63,289 nt of DNA, filler included, from Olpidium bornovanus S191 (GCA_017911155.1; 26 parts of 26 records of this genome joined end to end with filler, not necessarily neighbours in it), one strand, 5' to 3'; shown: positions 1-12,517, numbered from the whole stretch's first letter. Made by a program: numbers and translations. The notes: generated by a model not told the origin, from the sequence alone.

Positions 1-163
1 CATGCCCACCGAATGCTGCCAGCAAGCGGGTTGGACGGGAGGTGCGCGTGCGCGTGCGCGTGCGGAGAGGAGGGAGGAAGACGGGGGCGGAGGAGGGAAG
101 AGGGGAAAATGAAACGTTAAGCCCAGAAGGGTAAAGCGACCCGTAAAAAAAAGCTTATCTTAC

Positions 164-3100
164 CAGCTCGGCGGCGGTATGAACGCATTTCGGTAAAGTT
201 TTGCACCGAGTGAGCAGCTCGAAGTTTGTCCGCTTCAACTTCAAAGTGACCGCGCGCGCCTGCTTGAATCGCAGCAAGAGTTACGACGGTGTCCAATACA
301 ACCCGCACGAAAAAAAAAAATCTGACGCCGCCGAAAGACCTCGAGATTTTTCTCCGCGAGATCCTTCTCCACCATTACTGCCAGTTCCATGAGTTTCCTG
401 TCCATGGCCTGTTCAGGTCAGCGCCATTACCCGGACGATCACCTGCGGGCGTGCGTTCCACTCACTTCCAGCTTGTCCATTGCTCGGAAAGTTCTGCGGC
501 GGGTTACAGCGCTGAAGCGTCAGCAGCCCTGGAAGTAAGAACACCGAGCGCGCAGCCGTGCACCGACCTCTCGGCCCCCATGCTCTTCTGCTCTGCCCTC
601 CTAATAATAATGGGCACTTTGACATCAGATCGAACGGCAAGAGCTCGACCGGTGGCCGCCGCCGCGCTATTTTTCAGTGTACACACACTTCCACCCTCGT
701 ACTACCGACACCGAGCGCAGCTCGTAATAAAAAGTTCAGTGTTTTCCGGGAGAGCAGCGACATAAGAATTCCTCGTTGTTCCAGCTTTAGGCAAAAACAA
801 AGAGTCTCGTCAGCGCAACATTGCCACTAAAGGACGAGGCTGGTTCAAATTTTCCGCGACCTTTTTACCACGTCATTCAGCTTCACGACGCCGATAGAAT
901 TCAGAAGCGTCTCGGTAACACGGCCGACACCTTTCGACGCGGGATCAAAAGTCAGCGACGACAGTGCGCGGCGCCCCATTTCCGCCCGCCCGCTGGAGAG
1001 CGTCGCCTCGCACGCACCCGGAACTTTCCGCACCGGCAAATCCTCAACGAACTCCGCGATTGTGGTGGGATTGTTGCAGAGGAAATACTGGCCGTTCGGC
1101 TTTCGCAAATCGGAGCAGATTTTCGCCAGCATCTTGTTCGGCGCGATCCCTGCGCTTGCTGGACAGCGGCGGGTCGTGATTTGAGTTGCACGGGCCGCAA
1201 CGTTCCCCGGACAGCGGCAGTAGGCTATGCCTACCCGTCAGCGACGTCTTCTGGTAGATCTCTTCCCGCATTCTATGAACCGCCTCATCGGCCTTCAATC
1301 CACTTGCGCTGAGGTAATTCGTGATGTTGAGGTAAGCTGTATACAGCAACGTTTCAGCAAAAAAATGGTTAGAGGTGGCCTCTAAATGCAGCGGTGTAAG
1401 CGGCGGTTTAATCAGATTAATACCTTCATCCAAACTCATGGGTCTGGCAGGCGAAAAGTAAAACACCAGAGCGGTTGAGAAGCAGATTTCTGCGACAACG
1501 GGCGACGCTTGGGCGGAGGCGGTTTTACGCACGCAAAATTTGGATCTACCACCCGCCAAACACAGAATTACATCCGGGAATCTTCGCACAACTGTCGTGA
1601 ACGCAAGGTATCCGCAAAACGACTGTACCATAATTCTAAAACGAAAAGGCCGGTTGGATCAGAACAGATCATCCTCTGGATATCCGCTACCACGGGGGCG
1701 ACACTCACGGCAAAAATGCTCCGAACCTCCTCAGCCACCGCAATGTACTTGTCAAAATGGAGGGGGACCAGAACAAGTTCTTTATTGAACACGCCGAGCG
1801 GCGGTTAGGATGCCGTCGATGTCTACGAAGTAAACAGTGATGGTTTCACGCGTACCGGGACACTGCACGAGTGTCAAGCGGCAGTATCAAATGCATTTTG
1901 GTCGACTGAATGACGCCGGACACCACGTACGAGTTTCAGTGCAATGAAGCTCGGCATGGCCGATCGCACGCCGTACTTTCTGTCGGCAAAAACGGTCAGT
2001 GCAAGGGTTTTTGGCATATAATTCGGCACTTTATTTCCGGCGATTGGTTTTTACCGGGCAATGTAGTTCGCGGTGGTCAGGACGCCAGTTCCAACCGCCA
2101 TCGGTTTCGTCTTCAACTCCGGCTGATCGCGCTCTTCGACAGACGCTAAATGCAGCTTTCAGCCAGTGAGATTTCTGCACGCAAAACCGTTGGGGCCGCG
2201 CGGCGAAGGGACGTGGGGTGGGGGACAAACCGTAAAAGGCGTCCATATCTTATATTTTTTTTTATTCAGCAGAGGGATAATGGGCTTTTTAGGATGCAGA
2301 CACCTCCCCCCCCTCGTTTCGCACAACACGTTTCGCGAAAAACGGGGCGTGCCCGCCTTACCGACGTGCACGATACACTGGCTCAGGTCATTGTTGGCCT
2401 TCAGCGCTGCGATTTCCTGGTCCAACCGCGCCAGGTCGCATACGCTGACGCCTCCGTCCGGTCGCGCGCGCAGCTTTTCGAGTTGCCCGAGCATGTTCTG
2501 GATCCTCTCGGCGATCTGCGCGTCCTTCCGAGCCTCGTTTTCGAAGAACGCAGACCCCTGCGGCAGTTGGAGGGCCGTTGAACGACGTTACTGGTATGGC
2601 CGGAAAAGACGTGAGCCCGCGGAACGAGTTCCAGTACCTTCGACGCTTCGTAGATTATCTCGTTAACCTGCATCATAAGCCCCCCCCCCCCCAAAAAAAA
2701 AAACCATGGAAGCAGTGTCAGATAAGGACGTCTCTGTCAGAGGACGCTTGCTCGCCACCTGTGGCAGGAAAACCTGGGCACAGCAAAACAGCGTCCCGGC
2801 GCGCAAAACGGGGCAGGGGGGCGGGGGAACGGGAGGAAACAGTGGCAGGAGGTTGCGTCCGCGCGCCACCGGACCTTCGCCCTGTCGATGCCTTCCAAGC
2901 CCGCTTTCCCCTCGCTCGGCCCCGCCATCCTGCGTTTGAGCGAGTCCGGATCGGGCGGTGCCGATGCGGGAGACGACGAGCCCGCGGGGCCACCGCTCGG
3001 CGCAGCCGTCCGTCGTCCCGGGTTCGGCGGAGGTCCCACGATTTCGTCGCCCGAGTCGGAGAGCAGCGCGAAATCCTCCTCTCCCTCCTCGTCCTCCAAC

Positions 3101-3252
3101 GGTGCCAGGATTGCACCCGGCCCCGTTGCCGCTGCGGCGGCCGCGAGCGTCCCCACCGTCGGACGCGGCACACAGGGCGACGGCGGACGCTCGGGCGCGA
3201 ACCCGGCTTGCGGCGAGTTCGGCGAGGTCGGCGAGCCGCCCGGCGACGTCAT
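164..3252 (-). CDS. POLK: DNA polymerase kappa (Y-family, DinB), multi-exon, 3'-partial
   Basis: Spliced translation gives Pol kappa motifs in order: [31 protein letters not shown]; IVHVDMDAFYASVEERD; [17 protein letters not shown]; [14 protein letters not shown]; YDPNFAPMSLDEAYLNIT; [28 protein letters not shown]; [14 protein letters not shown]; KSMGAERTF; [12 protein letters not shown]. The junctions I checked are GT-AG. Start at 3252 assumed from the ORF track. Confidence 0.95.
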
Positions 3253-3409
3253 GGCCGGCAGGGAAGCAGGGAAGGGTCCGCAACAGTCGCGAGACCCCCG
3301 CGGAGCGGGCTGTCTCGGTGGGGGAGGAAGGGGGTGATCCCCGCGCGCAGTGGAGCACGTGACTCCCGGTCACCAAAATCCTCACCCCGCTCCGCCCTGC
3401 ACTCCGGAG

Positions 3410-3445
<36 letters not shown>

Positions 3446-3767
3446 CCCCCCCCCCCCCCCCCATTCCCACGTTCCGACACCGGTCATCCCGCCGCGCCGC
3501 GACGGCAGAAAAGAGGGCGGCGGCGGGGCAGCTCTGGAAAACTCCGTGCTGGGGGTCGCCCGCCCGCGGCATCGCGCTTTCTTCCTGGAAAGCTGCCGGG
3601 AACGCTGACCGCCGGGGCCGCTTTTACGCAGCGGAAGCACTATGCGAGGAGCGCCGGGAGGGGAACCCCCGCCAACAGCATGGGGAATTTTCGCAATTCC
3701 GCCCCCGCTTGTGGGCGTGCCCTGTGTCCGGGGTCGGCGGGGCGGCGCTTGGGCCGGGGGCGTGGGG

Positions 3768-3826
<59 letters not shown>

Positions 3827-3926
3827 NNNNNNNNNNNNNNNNNNNNNNNNNNNNNNNNNNNNNNNNNNNNTTAATTAATTAANNNNNNNNNNNNNNNNNN
3901 NNNNNNNNNNNNNNNNNNNNNNNNNN
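3827..3926. other. Artificial assembly linker (N44-TTAATTAATTAA-N44, stops in all six frames); first of 25
   Basis: Identical 100-bp blocks at 3827-3926, 5511-5610, 7233-7332, 8856-8955, 12981-13080, 15043-15142, 17303-17402, 18938-19037, 20497-20596, 22542-22641, 24970-25069, 29191-29290, 31396-31495, 35944-36043, 37627-37726, 38792-38891, 40903-41002, 42403-42502, 44687-44786, 47807-47906, 51143-51242, 55140-55239, 56708-56807, 58457-58556, 60762-60861. Confidence 0.98.
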
Positions 3927-5215
3927 CATGCGTCGTAGGGGTGTTCAGATTACCGATCGACAACAGCAAGCGCTGTGCATAAGTTCGCGGTTCCGCACCT
4001 ACTGGGGATGCTAGAAGGACCGCATAAGGTGCCTGCTTGCCAATACTTTTGTCGACCATTTTGATGATTGTAGGATTCGCGATCCTCGATGTAGCGAACG
4101 ATTGTTCTAAACGCGACGTTTCCCCTTGGCCGCTATGTTGGGCTGGCGTTCGCCGCGAAGTGGCCAGGTGCTGCAAACCCATATACGAGAAGAATCGCTC
4201 CACAGGCTGGGGCAGTGTTCGGGAAGTGTCAATGGCGCCAACGGCAGCGGGCTCTTGGCAAAGTAATCAACACCTAGATTACCGCGGTTACCAACACACT
4301 GGTTGTTTCGAAACTAGCTTCTTCGTGACCCTGACTCAGCTGGAGTAACAAGTACAAGATTGCCCATTTCCGACCAACAACAGTCTTGCACCACAATATA
4401 AGACAACTGTCAGCATACAAGTCACCGAAGTTAAAGGCGAGAGGTGGATTATTCAAACCTGTCTCTGTAAACGGTTGAAAAGTTCTGAGAACTGCATTGC
4501 TTCATTAGACGACTTGTGCCGCCGGACCACTGTCCGAAACGGGCAGTGAGCGTCCCAAAACAAAGAGCGACTACCCAGCCGACTATGCAGGGACTCCAAA
4601 GGTGAGCGGTAACCTACGCGTCTTCCTGATCAGGTCAGCAACGTGAAGCTCGTCGCTAACAGTTGACGGCGTCATTCGACTAGAACCAAAGAAGCGCGAT
4701 ATGATACCAAAATGCGGTAATAGGCGTGAACGGCAAACAACACGCAGACAACTTTCTCCCGGCACAACAGCGTTTGACTCCGAACGGACAGGCGGCAGGT
4801 AAACTTACCTTCCAAGTATACGTTTGCAAAAGAGAAAAGCCTGGTGAGCGGCGGTTTCGCGAGCTTTCGCCGCGGCAGAATGATTTTGGCTGTGGTCAAC
4901 CGAGAACCCCGCGGCGCTGGTGCCATAGCCCGAGTCCTGAACGGCCGGCGTCGCAGCCAGCTGGCCGTCGGCCCGGAGGAAAAACGCATCCACCAGGGCG
5001 CGCAGCGCGCAGTCAACACGGTCGGGTTGAGACCCGTAGCCCGACGGGCCGTAACCCGACGAAGCGTCACTGACTGCCGCAGAAACGCCTTCGGGAAAAC
5101 CGCCACGACTCTGATCGCCGCCAAAAGGCCCTCCGCCGCCGGCCGGCAAGCGCGCCGACCGGAGCAGATCGGTGTGCGGCGGCCTCGTTTGCGCGGTGAG
5201 CATTCCGTGACTCAT
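3927..5215 (-). CDS. SPC98: Gamma-tubulin complex component 3 (Spc98/Alp6/TUBGCP3), N-terminal exons, 3'-partial
   Basis: Spliced peptide AFLFCKRILG-SRMTPSTVSDELHVADLIRKTLVRRHKSSNEAMQFSELFNRLQRQ-TVVGRKWAILYLLLQLS matches the remembered GCP3 N-terminus (ERDEFLVAEKIKK..FSELHRKL..KNKWSILYLLLSLS). Three GT-AG junctions keep frame. Start codon uncertain. Confidence 0.8.
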
Positions 5216-5628
5216 ATACCGGCGCGCGCAATCGGAGAAATGAACGGAGCCGGCCTCCAAGCGTGGCGTAAGTCCCGTTGGACGGGTACCGGTGTACTGC
5301 TGCCAGTAAAGCCGTGGCGAGGAGTCCCGACCTTCGGTGGCGAGAGGAGCGGTACGTATCACGTGACCGAGGGGCACTGACGGAGCGCAGGAGGCTAACG
5401 GGAAGAAACGTTGGTCACAAGGCTCTGATCGCCGAGGCTCCAGGCCGTGGGCGGTACTCTGCTGTGCGAGTAACGTCAAAAACCGGTTGAACCAGCTTGG
5501 AACGCATGTCNNNNNNNNNNNNNNNNNNNNNNNNNNNNNNNNNNNNNNNNNNNNTTAATTAATTAANNNNNNNNNNNNNNNNNNNNNNNNNNNNNNNNNN
5601 NNNNNNNNNNCAGGGGATGAAGCTCAGA

Positions 5629-5665
<37 letters not shown>

Positions 5666-5696
5666 CCCCTCCTCCTCCCCCTCCCTTCCCCGCCAA

Positions 5697-7232
5697 ATGC
5701 TTGACGGCGCCGACCTCTCCGCCGCTCCGCACACCAGCCTGCCGCAGCAGCAGCACCAGCGGCCAGGAGGACGACGGCGAGCTGGAGAGACGCTGCCCCC
5801 CTGCCCCTCGCCGGCGCGCTCGCCGCCCTCCTCGCCCCGGGGCCCCTCGCCGCAGGCCGCCACCGCCCCCGCAGGCGCTTCCTCCGCTCGCCCGGAGGAG
5901 GGGGAGGACAAGGACGAGGAGGAGGAGCTGGCCCAGGCAGGCCTCGGCGACGCAGCAGAAAAGCCCCGCCGCGCTGGCCGCGAGACTTCGCTCGCCCGAG
6001 GGCCTCCCGGCCGCGGACGGCGCGAGGAGGAGGAGGCGGAGGACGATTTGACTTCCGTCCCTGTCGCCTCGACGACGACGCCCTCGCTTTCGTCGCGGGC
6101 CTCGCCGGCCCGCCGCGGCACGGCCGGCGCGCCCGCGCGGCGCCGGTCCGCCTCCCCGGACTTCCGCGTCGAGCGCCTCTCGCGCGCCGCCACTCGCCTG
6201 CTCCTCGGCGACGTGCAGGACGGGCCCGGGGCGTCGTCCACCGCCCGCTCGCCGGCACCGACGCCGCTGCGGCGCTCCGCTCGCAGCGCCCTGGCCTCCT
6301 CCTCCTCCTCCGCACCGTCTTCCGCCAGAAAGAGGGGGGAGGCGGCACTCAAGGCTGCCGTCGATGTGAAGCCCTCCGCGCGGCGCTTCAGCCCGCGGGT
6401 TGCCTTGATGGGCGTCAAGGCCAGCCCGCGACCCCAAACTCCCAGTTCGGCGACCTCTCGGACGAGGGGCCGGGCTCCTGCGAAGCCAGCCGTCGCCGAC
6501 GCCGTGGACGACGATGACGGCGGCGGCGACGACGATGACGACGCCGAGAGCAGGGGATCTTCGAGGTCGCGTAACGCCAGTTCCGTCAGAGACGACGAGC
6601 CTGAGCCGCGCGTCGTTAACGACGAGTCAAGCTTGGGTGAGCCGCGGAAATTGGTCCAACTTCGCCTCCCCTCCAACTTTCCTTCTTGCCGCTGTCTGGT
6701 GGTGTGGGAGGGGGGGGAGGAGGAGGAGGAAGGGGGAAGAATATCGGGTTGTTGACGCCCTGCTGTTTTTCCGCACCAGACGACATCCTCCACAGCAGCT
6801 GGCAGCTCTTGAACTTCTTCCTGTTCTGCAAGATATACCGCGAAGTTTTTGGGCTCCCGAAGTTCACCTTGCCGGACTTGGAACAGGAGCTGACCGCGGA
6901 TATCCGGAGGAGAACGAGTGGCGTGCGGCAGGACCAGGGAGAGGATTCTGGGAAGCTTAGCATTTACGTAATCGAGATTATGATCCGCCTGCTCAACCAC
7001 CTCAGGCACAAGAAAAATCCCATTGTAACGTAAGTTGACCCTTCGTGTCGGACGAGCGTTGTTATGATCCTTGCCTGTCCTGATCGCTTTCGCGTTTATT
7101 TTGTTAGACTGGACAATTGGGAACTATTCCTGAAATCTATCCTGGACAGCCCAGAAGACAAGGATTTGTTTCCAGAGGAGCTGAACTTTGTGGACCTCCG
7201 GTTGCCTAGCAGGATTCGACTAATGCATCATG
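5697..7232 (+). CDS. Putative DDT/WHIM1-type chromatin-remodelling subunit (Ioc3/RSF1-like), partial
   Basis: Long disordered S/R/D/E-rich exon, then HSSWQLLNFFLFCKIYREVFGLPKFTLPDLEQEL..IEIMIRLLNHL and LDNWELFLKSIL..FVDLRLPSRIRLMHH, resembling the DDT-like and WHIM1 helices of ISWI-associated proteins. Family call from memory. Confidence 0.55.
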
Positions 7233-7719
7233 NNNNNNNNNNNNNNNNNNNNNNNNNNNNNNNNNNNNNNNNNNNNTTAATTAATTAANNNNNNNNNNNN
7301 NNNNNNNNNNNNNNNNNNNNNNNNNNNNNNNNCACGCAGTCGCCCCTCCTGTCCCGCCACGCAGTCGCCCCTCCCGTCCGGCGGCACGCCTCGTCACGTG
7401 ACCGCGGCGCGTTGCGCGGTGCCGTCGTTCCCCGAGAGGGTTTTCCGGCCATGGCAATTCGCAAAGCCGACCTCTCAGCAAACCGCCTTCGGAAACGGCC
7501 AAAAGCGTCAGCGCCGCGTAGGAGAGGACGGACTTCCCGCCCCTTGCTTGCATGCTGTCTTTCGGTCAAAAACAAAAGGCAGCCAAGAGTTGCCAAACGG
7601 ACCTGACCTTGTCGCCCGCATTCCGGCCCTTTCCAGACGCGCGAACCGGCTGCCCCCCGACGCCGAATTCTTCGTCGCTCTCGCCAACCTCTCCCGCTCC
7701 CCGAGCCTTCCTCCCCCCC

Positions 7720-8855
7720 GCCTAGCTGCCAGTTGCGACGATTATGTCGCCCCGAGACGCCGCGGCCACATCCTCAAGCACTTGCTAAATAATGTCAAAT
7801 GGGGATGATGACCCCCACACCACTTCCCCTCCCCCACCCCCACCCACCACCACCTAGCGCGCGCGCGGCGTTCCGGAATACAGAACCCTAATAAATTCAG
7901 AAAACGTACGTACTGCTGCGCCAACGTGGCTAATGTCTGGGAGACATTACAAACGACGTTTGTGCAGGTGGACGCACGAGAAATTCGCGTCCGAAGTTAC
8001 CCTCCGCAAAACATCATCTGCACGGTTCGTCCCGATAAAATTAGCCGCCCTTTGCGTAAAAAAATAAACGTGCCGCTTGCGTATGAGGGACGGTGAAATT
8101 CGGCGGAAGCGGACGCGGAGCCACACGGTGTTGCGCCATTGATTTGGTAAATCATACCTGAACAAAAAACTAGTAAAAAAAAAAAAAACAAACAAAAAAA
8201 CAGCTCCGCCTTGACAATTTGAAACATGGTGTTATTTTCAAAGCTGCTGCTCACTAGGAGGATTGACAAAATTCACATACGTGATCTCGCATCACTCGCG
8301 TTTTTTATCTTTCACCCCTGCGGTCCTTGAAAAAAAAACCCACTTGGATGAGTGTGCCATACGCTTGGTGAGCAGTGTCTCGCAGGTGCTCGGGGAAATA
8401 CGAAAAGTTTACCTTGGACATTACAACTTTTTGTGACCGGTCATAGAAACTGCAGATTATGTTAGCCCAATTGGGCCGTCCGCATTTGCCAGCCGCCGAT
8501 GATTCCGACGTGGGTATTTTGTCAGAGGCCCAAGATCTGTTTGGAAGGCCTTCGCCGTCTGTTTGACTAGTTTCATTCAGGATTCGGAACCTCCTTCCGA
8601 CGAGGACAGCACCTGTTTCACAGACCTTGAAAAAGAAAAAGGCGTTAGAGGTTTACCGGATAACCTGTAAAAGTAAAAGACATTAAAGACATCATTTGTT
8701 ACCTTTGTGGCACAAGCTTTGAGTATTTTGGTCAACCCATTTCCAATTATATCCTGGTCCGTCGGCAAACTGCTACGGCTTACCTGGCTTAAATGGCTTA
8801 ACTTTTTGGCCTCTTCTTCAGCCCTGACCTTGTTGTTGCATCCGTACCGGCATGA
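7720..8855 (-). CDS. Unidentified multi-exon coding fragment
   Basis: Open segments bounded by splice-like sites (e.g. DIIGNGLTKILKACATK|gtaaca..ctaac..ttcaag|VCETGAVLVGRRFRILNE; NFIGTNRADDVLRR|gtaact). I could not build a complete in-frame model. Confidence 0.3.
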
Positions 8856-10087
8856 NNNNNNNNNNNNNNNNNNNNNNNNNNNNNNNNNNNNNNNNNNNNT
8901 TAATTAATTAANNNNNNNNNNNNNNNNNNNNNNNNNNNNNNNNNNNNNNNNNNNNCATGTTCTGAGATTAGGCCTTATTGAGTCGTATGCAATATGGATC
9001 TCATCTAGGTTTTCAGAAAAAAAAATTACCGATCCATATATCATATAGGATCGAGTCGATTCAGAAGAGCAGATTATTTATACTACAGCAGTACCTACTT
9101 ATTGGATCGAATTACTATCGATTGAAATATGTCAGTCGCGCGTCGAATTTTTAGACTGTAGCGCCGCCCAGCTCACTTTGCCCGATGGCCTCGCCCTACG
9201 GTTAATCCGCCTTCCGGGCAAATCACCTTGTCTCAGGGGCAATAATCTGCCTTTCCGCGGCAATTCTCGCTTCCCCGGCCTTCGGTGTCGCTCAGCGTAT
9301 AACCACCCTATACAATACCCCCCTCGTGTCCCCGCGCCGACTCTGCCTCTACAGCGTGCGCCGAGGGGTCTCGACGGCGACGTCACCGCCGAGGCGCACA
9401 CGCCGGACTGCTAGTCGTCCACCGTGATCAAATCGAAGGCCGGCTGAGCGGGAAAGCGGAAGTGGAGGTAGGACAAAGGCCGTCGCGCTTGCGCGCAGGA
9501 GCACGCGGTTGGGCGCGGGGTGCGCCGGTGCTCGCCTTCTCCATGCGTCTTTCTTTCGTTGATGATCTGGAAGCGCTCAAAACTCCGCCTCGCACGGTGG
9601 AGTTCATATGGCTCGGGGTGACGCGCGACAGCGTCGACGACGTGTTCGAGGCCGGCGACGGAACAACGGCATTTCCGAAGAACTCGAGGTAGAAACGCTG
9701 CGGAAACCACCAGAGGTGGCGGCGGCTGGGCGAGCCCGACGGCTCGGAGCAAAGAAGGCGGCGCAAAAGGGAGCTCGGCGGCGCAAAAGCGGAGCTCGGC
9801 GCGAAGCAGAAAACAAGAGTCTGCGCTCGCGGAATGGCGGGAGCTCAGCGCGGAAAAGAAAGAGGATGTTTTTGAGGCGCAGCTGCGCCGACTGGGCTCA
9901 TAACTACTTGAGACGGCGGGGTTCTCTCCTGTAACGTTTTTTTCTTAGGAAAGTGGCGGGAGAGTCGCCTTAAGTCCGCACGCCGAGCGCGCGAATGCGG
10001 AGCGGGAATGCGGAGCGGGAATGCGGAGAACCCGCCCTGCTGCCCCGGGTTGCGTGGGAGCTCCCCCGCATTTTTGATTTCGTTTTT

Positions 10088-10142
10088 ATTATTATTATTA
10101 TTATTATTATTTGTTTTTTATTATTATTATTTTTTTTTTTTT
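10088..10142. repeat. (TTA)n microsatellite plus T-run
   Basis: Visible TTA repeats. Confidence 0.9.
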
Positions 10143-10731
10143 CGCCCCGATCCCTTTTCCTCCCCCACACGTCAACCTTGGCGGGCGTCCACACCCCGCG
10201 TCATGCGCAATCCCCCCCGGCATAGGCCGTCCTTGGGAGCTCACGCGCATACGCCCGGTGCCCTCACGTCACACGGCGAAGTCTGGTTTTCCGCCCAAAT
10301 GTTGACGTGGTGATACATGATTGATCGACGGCGATTGTTCACGATCGCTTTTTTTTTCCGCCGTTTCGCGCGCACTCCTTTGTCTTCCCGCCAAACCTCT
10401 GCTCCCGTCCTACCCAACCTCCCCCCACTGCATTTTCCCCGCTGCGGCTGGATGTCTGATGCGATCATGACGCTTAGGCGGTCCCTCGGCGCCTGCGTGC
10501 GTGTGCGTGCGTGCGTTTCGTGCGTGGGCGCGCGCGAGTGCATGTGTGCGAGGAGGGGAAGACGGAGAGCAGAGGAGAGAAGAGAGAGAGAGGAGAAAGA
10601 GAAAGAGAGACGGCGCGGAAAACCACAAAAAAGCCCTTCGCCGCTGCTCGGCCCACTCGCCTCGCCCCGTCTATTCTCCATCTTTCTACTCCTGAATACG
10701 GCCCGCGACCCGTGCGCTCTCTCCTTCTTTT

Positions 10732-10734
<3 letters not shown>

Positions 10735-10788
<54 letters not shown>

Positions 10789-10840
10789 CTCCCTCGCCCT
10801 CTCTGTTCTCTCTCCCCCCCTCTCTCTCTCTCTCTCTGCG
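10735..10840. repeat. (CT)n microsatellite upstream of FAD1
   Basis: About 25 uninterrupted CT units, then degenerate CT repeats. Confidence 0.95.
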
Positions 10841-10888
10841 GCAAACGCCGGCGACCCCCGCTTGCGACACGGCGCCCCGCAAGGGAAG

Positions 10889-12205
10889 ATGCCGGCCGCC
10901 CACCACCTGGCGCTCGCCCGCGACGCCAACTCCACGCCGCCGCACGCGGAGTCCCGGTCGGGGGCGGGCCCCGCCGCAGACCGCCGACTGCTGCCGGCGC
11001 CGCCGCCGCGCGCCCTCTCCGCGCCGACTCCGCCGCAGGATCCGCCGCCCCCATCCCGGGCCCTCGAGATCCCCATGGCCCCTGCCGCGCCCGAGCGCCT
11101 GGACTGGGCAGAGATCGAGTGCGCCGTCTACGCCTACGCGTTGTCCGCCGCCCCTGCTGCGGCCGTGGCCAGGCGCGCGCTGGGCGTGATCGAAGAGGCC
11201 CTGGAACGTTACGGGTGGGTGGAAAGCGGGAAGGTTCCGTCCCTCAGCCAGCCGACCCTCCGTACTCAGAAGAAAGTCCTGACTCGAACTTTGCGTCGCG
11301 CGTTTCGGAAAACAAAAAAAATTCTTTTAAGGGTGGACGGCGGTTTGTGCCTTAGTTTCAACGGCGGAAAGGATTCTACCGCGGTTCTTCACCTCGCGGC
11401 GGCGGCATGGTCACGTTACTGCTCGTTGCACGGGCGACCGAGACCGGGAGCAGGCGAACTTCCGTCGCAACCACCGTCAGTTTCGCCCGCCTCCCCTCCT
11501 CAACACGACCGGTCGCCGGCGGCGCGGCGCCTGCAAATATTCTACCAGACGCACGACGACGCCTTCGACGAGGAGGAGGAGTTCGTGCGGCACGCTGTGG
11601 ACGTCTACTCGCTCGACATGGTCAAGATCGACGGGCTGACCGTACGCGCCGCCCTCCAGCAATTCCTGGACAACAACCCGGCCGTCCGCGCGGTTTTGGT
11701 AGGGACGCGGAGAACGGACCCACACGGCGGTAGGAACGACCGAACCGTCCTTTTTCGCGGGTACTTGAGACGAGCAAAGGTCTGGTGCGGACGCGCGACG
11801 CTTACTTTGGCCGTTTTGCCCTCGCTCTAACCCCCCCCCCCACCCCCCCACTGCCCCCCTTTCTCGTGATTTTTTCCGAAGGCAACCTGGATCATTTTGC
11901 GATGACCGACCCGGGCTACGTTGTCCCGCAAGTGATGCGCGTGCTTCCCATCATCGAATGGACCTACGAGCAGGTCTGGAGGTTCATGCGCGACCTCCGC
12001 GTGATGTACTGTCCAGTGTATGACAACGGGTCAGTTCTTTGCCCGGTGTATTCTCAGCCTTTTTTTTCCCGCAAAATTGGTTATTCAGCGTCCGCGCCGA
12101 GAACAGGGAGAATTGACGAGCGAGAGAAAGGGGGGATGGCGGGGAGAGGCGTGGGGGGGGGGGGGGGGGGGGGGGGGAAAGGGGAAAAAAAAAAAGGGGG
12201 GGGGG

Positions 12206-12282
<77 letters not shown>

Positions 12283-12517
12283 GGGATATAGGGAAGAAAA
12301 AATAAGGGGACGGGGAAGAAGGGAAGGACCTCTGTGCACGACTGGGGGCGTCTGACGGTTGCTTTGTCCCCGGGGTTGAACACGCAGTTACACTTCCCTG
12401 GGCCGCAAGGCCTACACCTTCCCGAACCCGGCGCTGCGGAACCCGGACCGAACTTGCGGGTATGACCCGGCGTGGATGCTGCACGAGTGCAAGAGGGAGC
12501 GGGAAGGCCGGCGATGA
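10889..12517 (+). CDS. FAD1: FAD synthetase (FMN adenylyltransferase, PAPS-reductase fold), 4 exons, apparently complete
   Basis: ALGVIEEALERYG; LCLSFNGGKDSTAVLHL; AVLVGTRRTDPHG; MTDPGY..MRVLPIIEWTYEQVWRFMRDLRVMYCPVYDNG|YTSLG..FPNPAL..YDPAWML..EREGR*. Stop at 12515-12517. Start codon tentative. Confidence 0.92.

Noticed and set aside
3871-3882. Regularly recurring TTAATTAATTAA as a biological repeat or CRISPR-like array
   Set aside because: Always centred in exactly 44+44 Ns; it is a six-frame-stop scaffolding linker.
3927-4460. Ty3/gypsy integrase-like reading (MGLQHLATS..HSGQGE; AVVDR)
   Set aside because: The same strand splices cleanly into GCP3 (KWAILYLLLQLS); the integrase resemblance is scattered over frames and coincidental.
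5624-7009. 461-aa minus-strand ORF, and similar long ORFs such as 17440-18699, 29989-31443, 51607-53367 and 52338-54233
   Set aside because: Antisense or off-frame shadows of real exons, or GC-rich low-complexity sequence with few stop codons.
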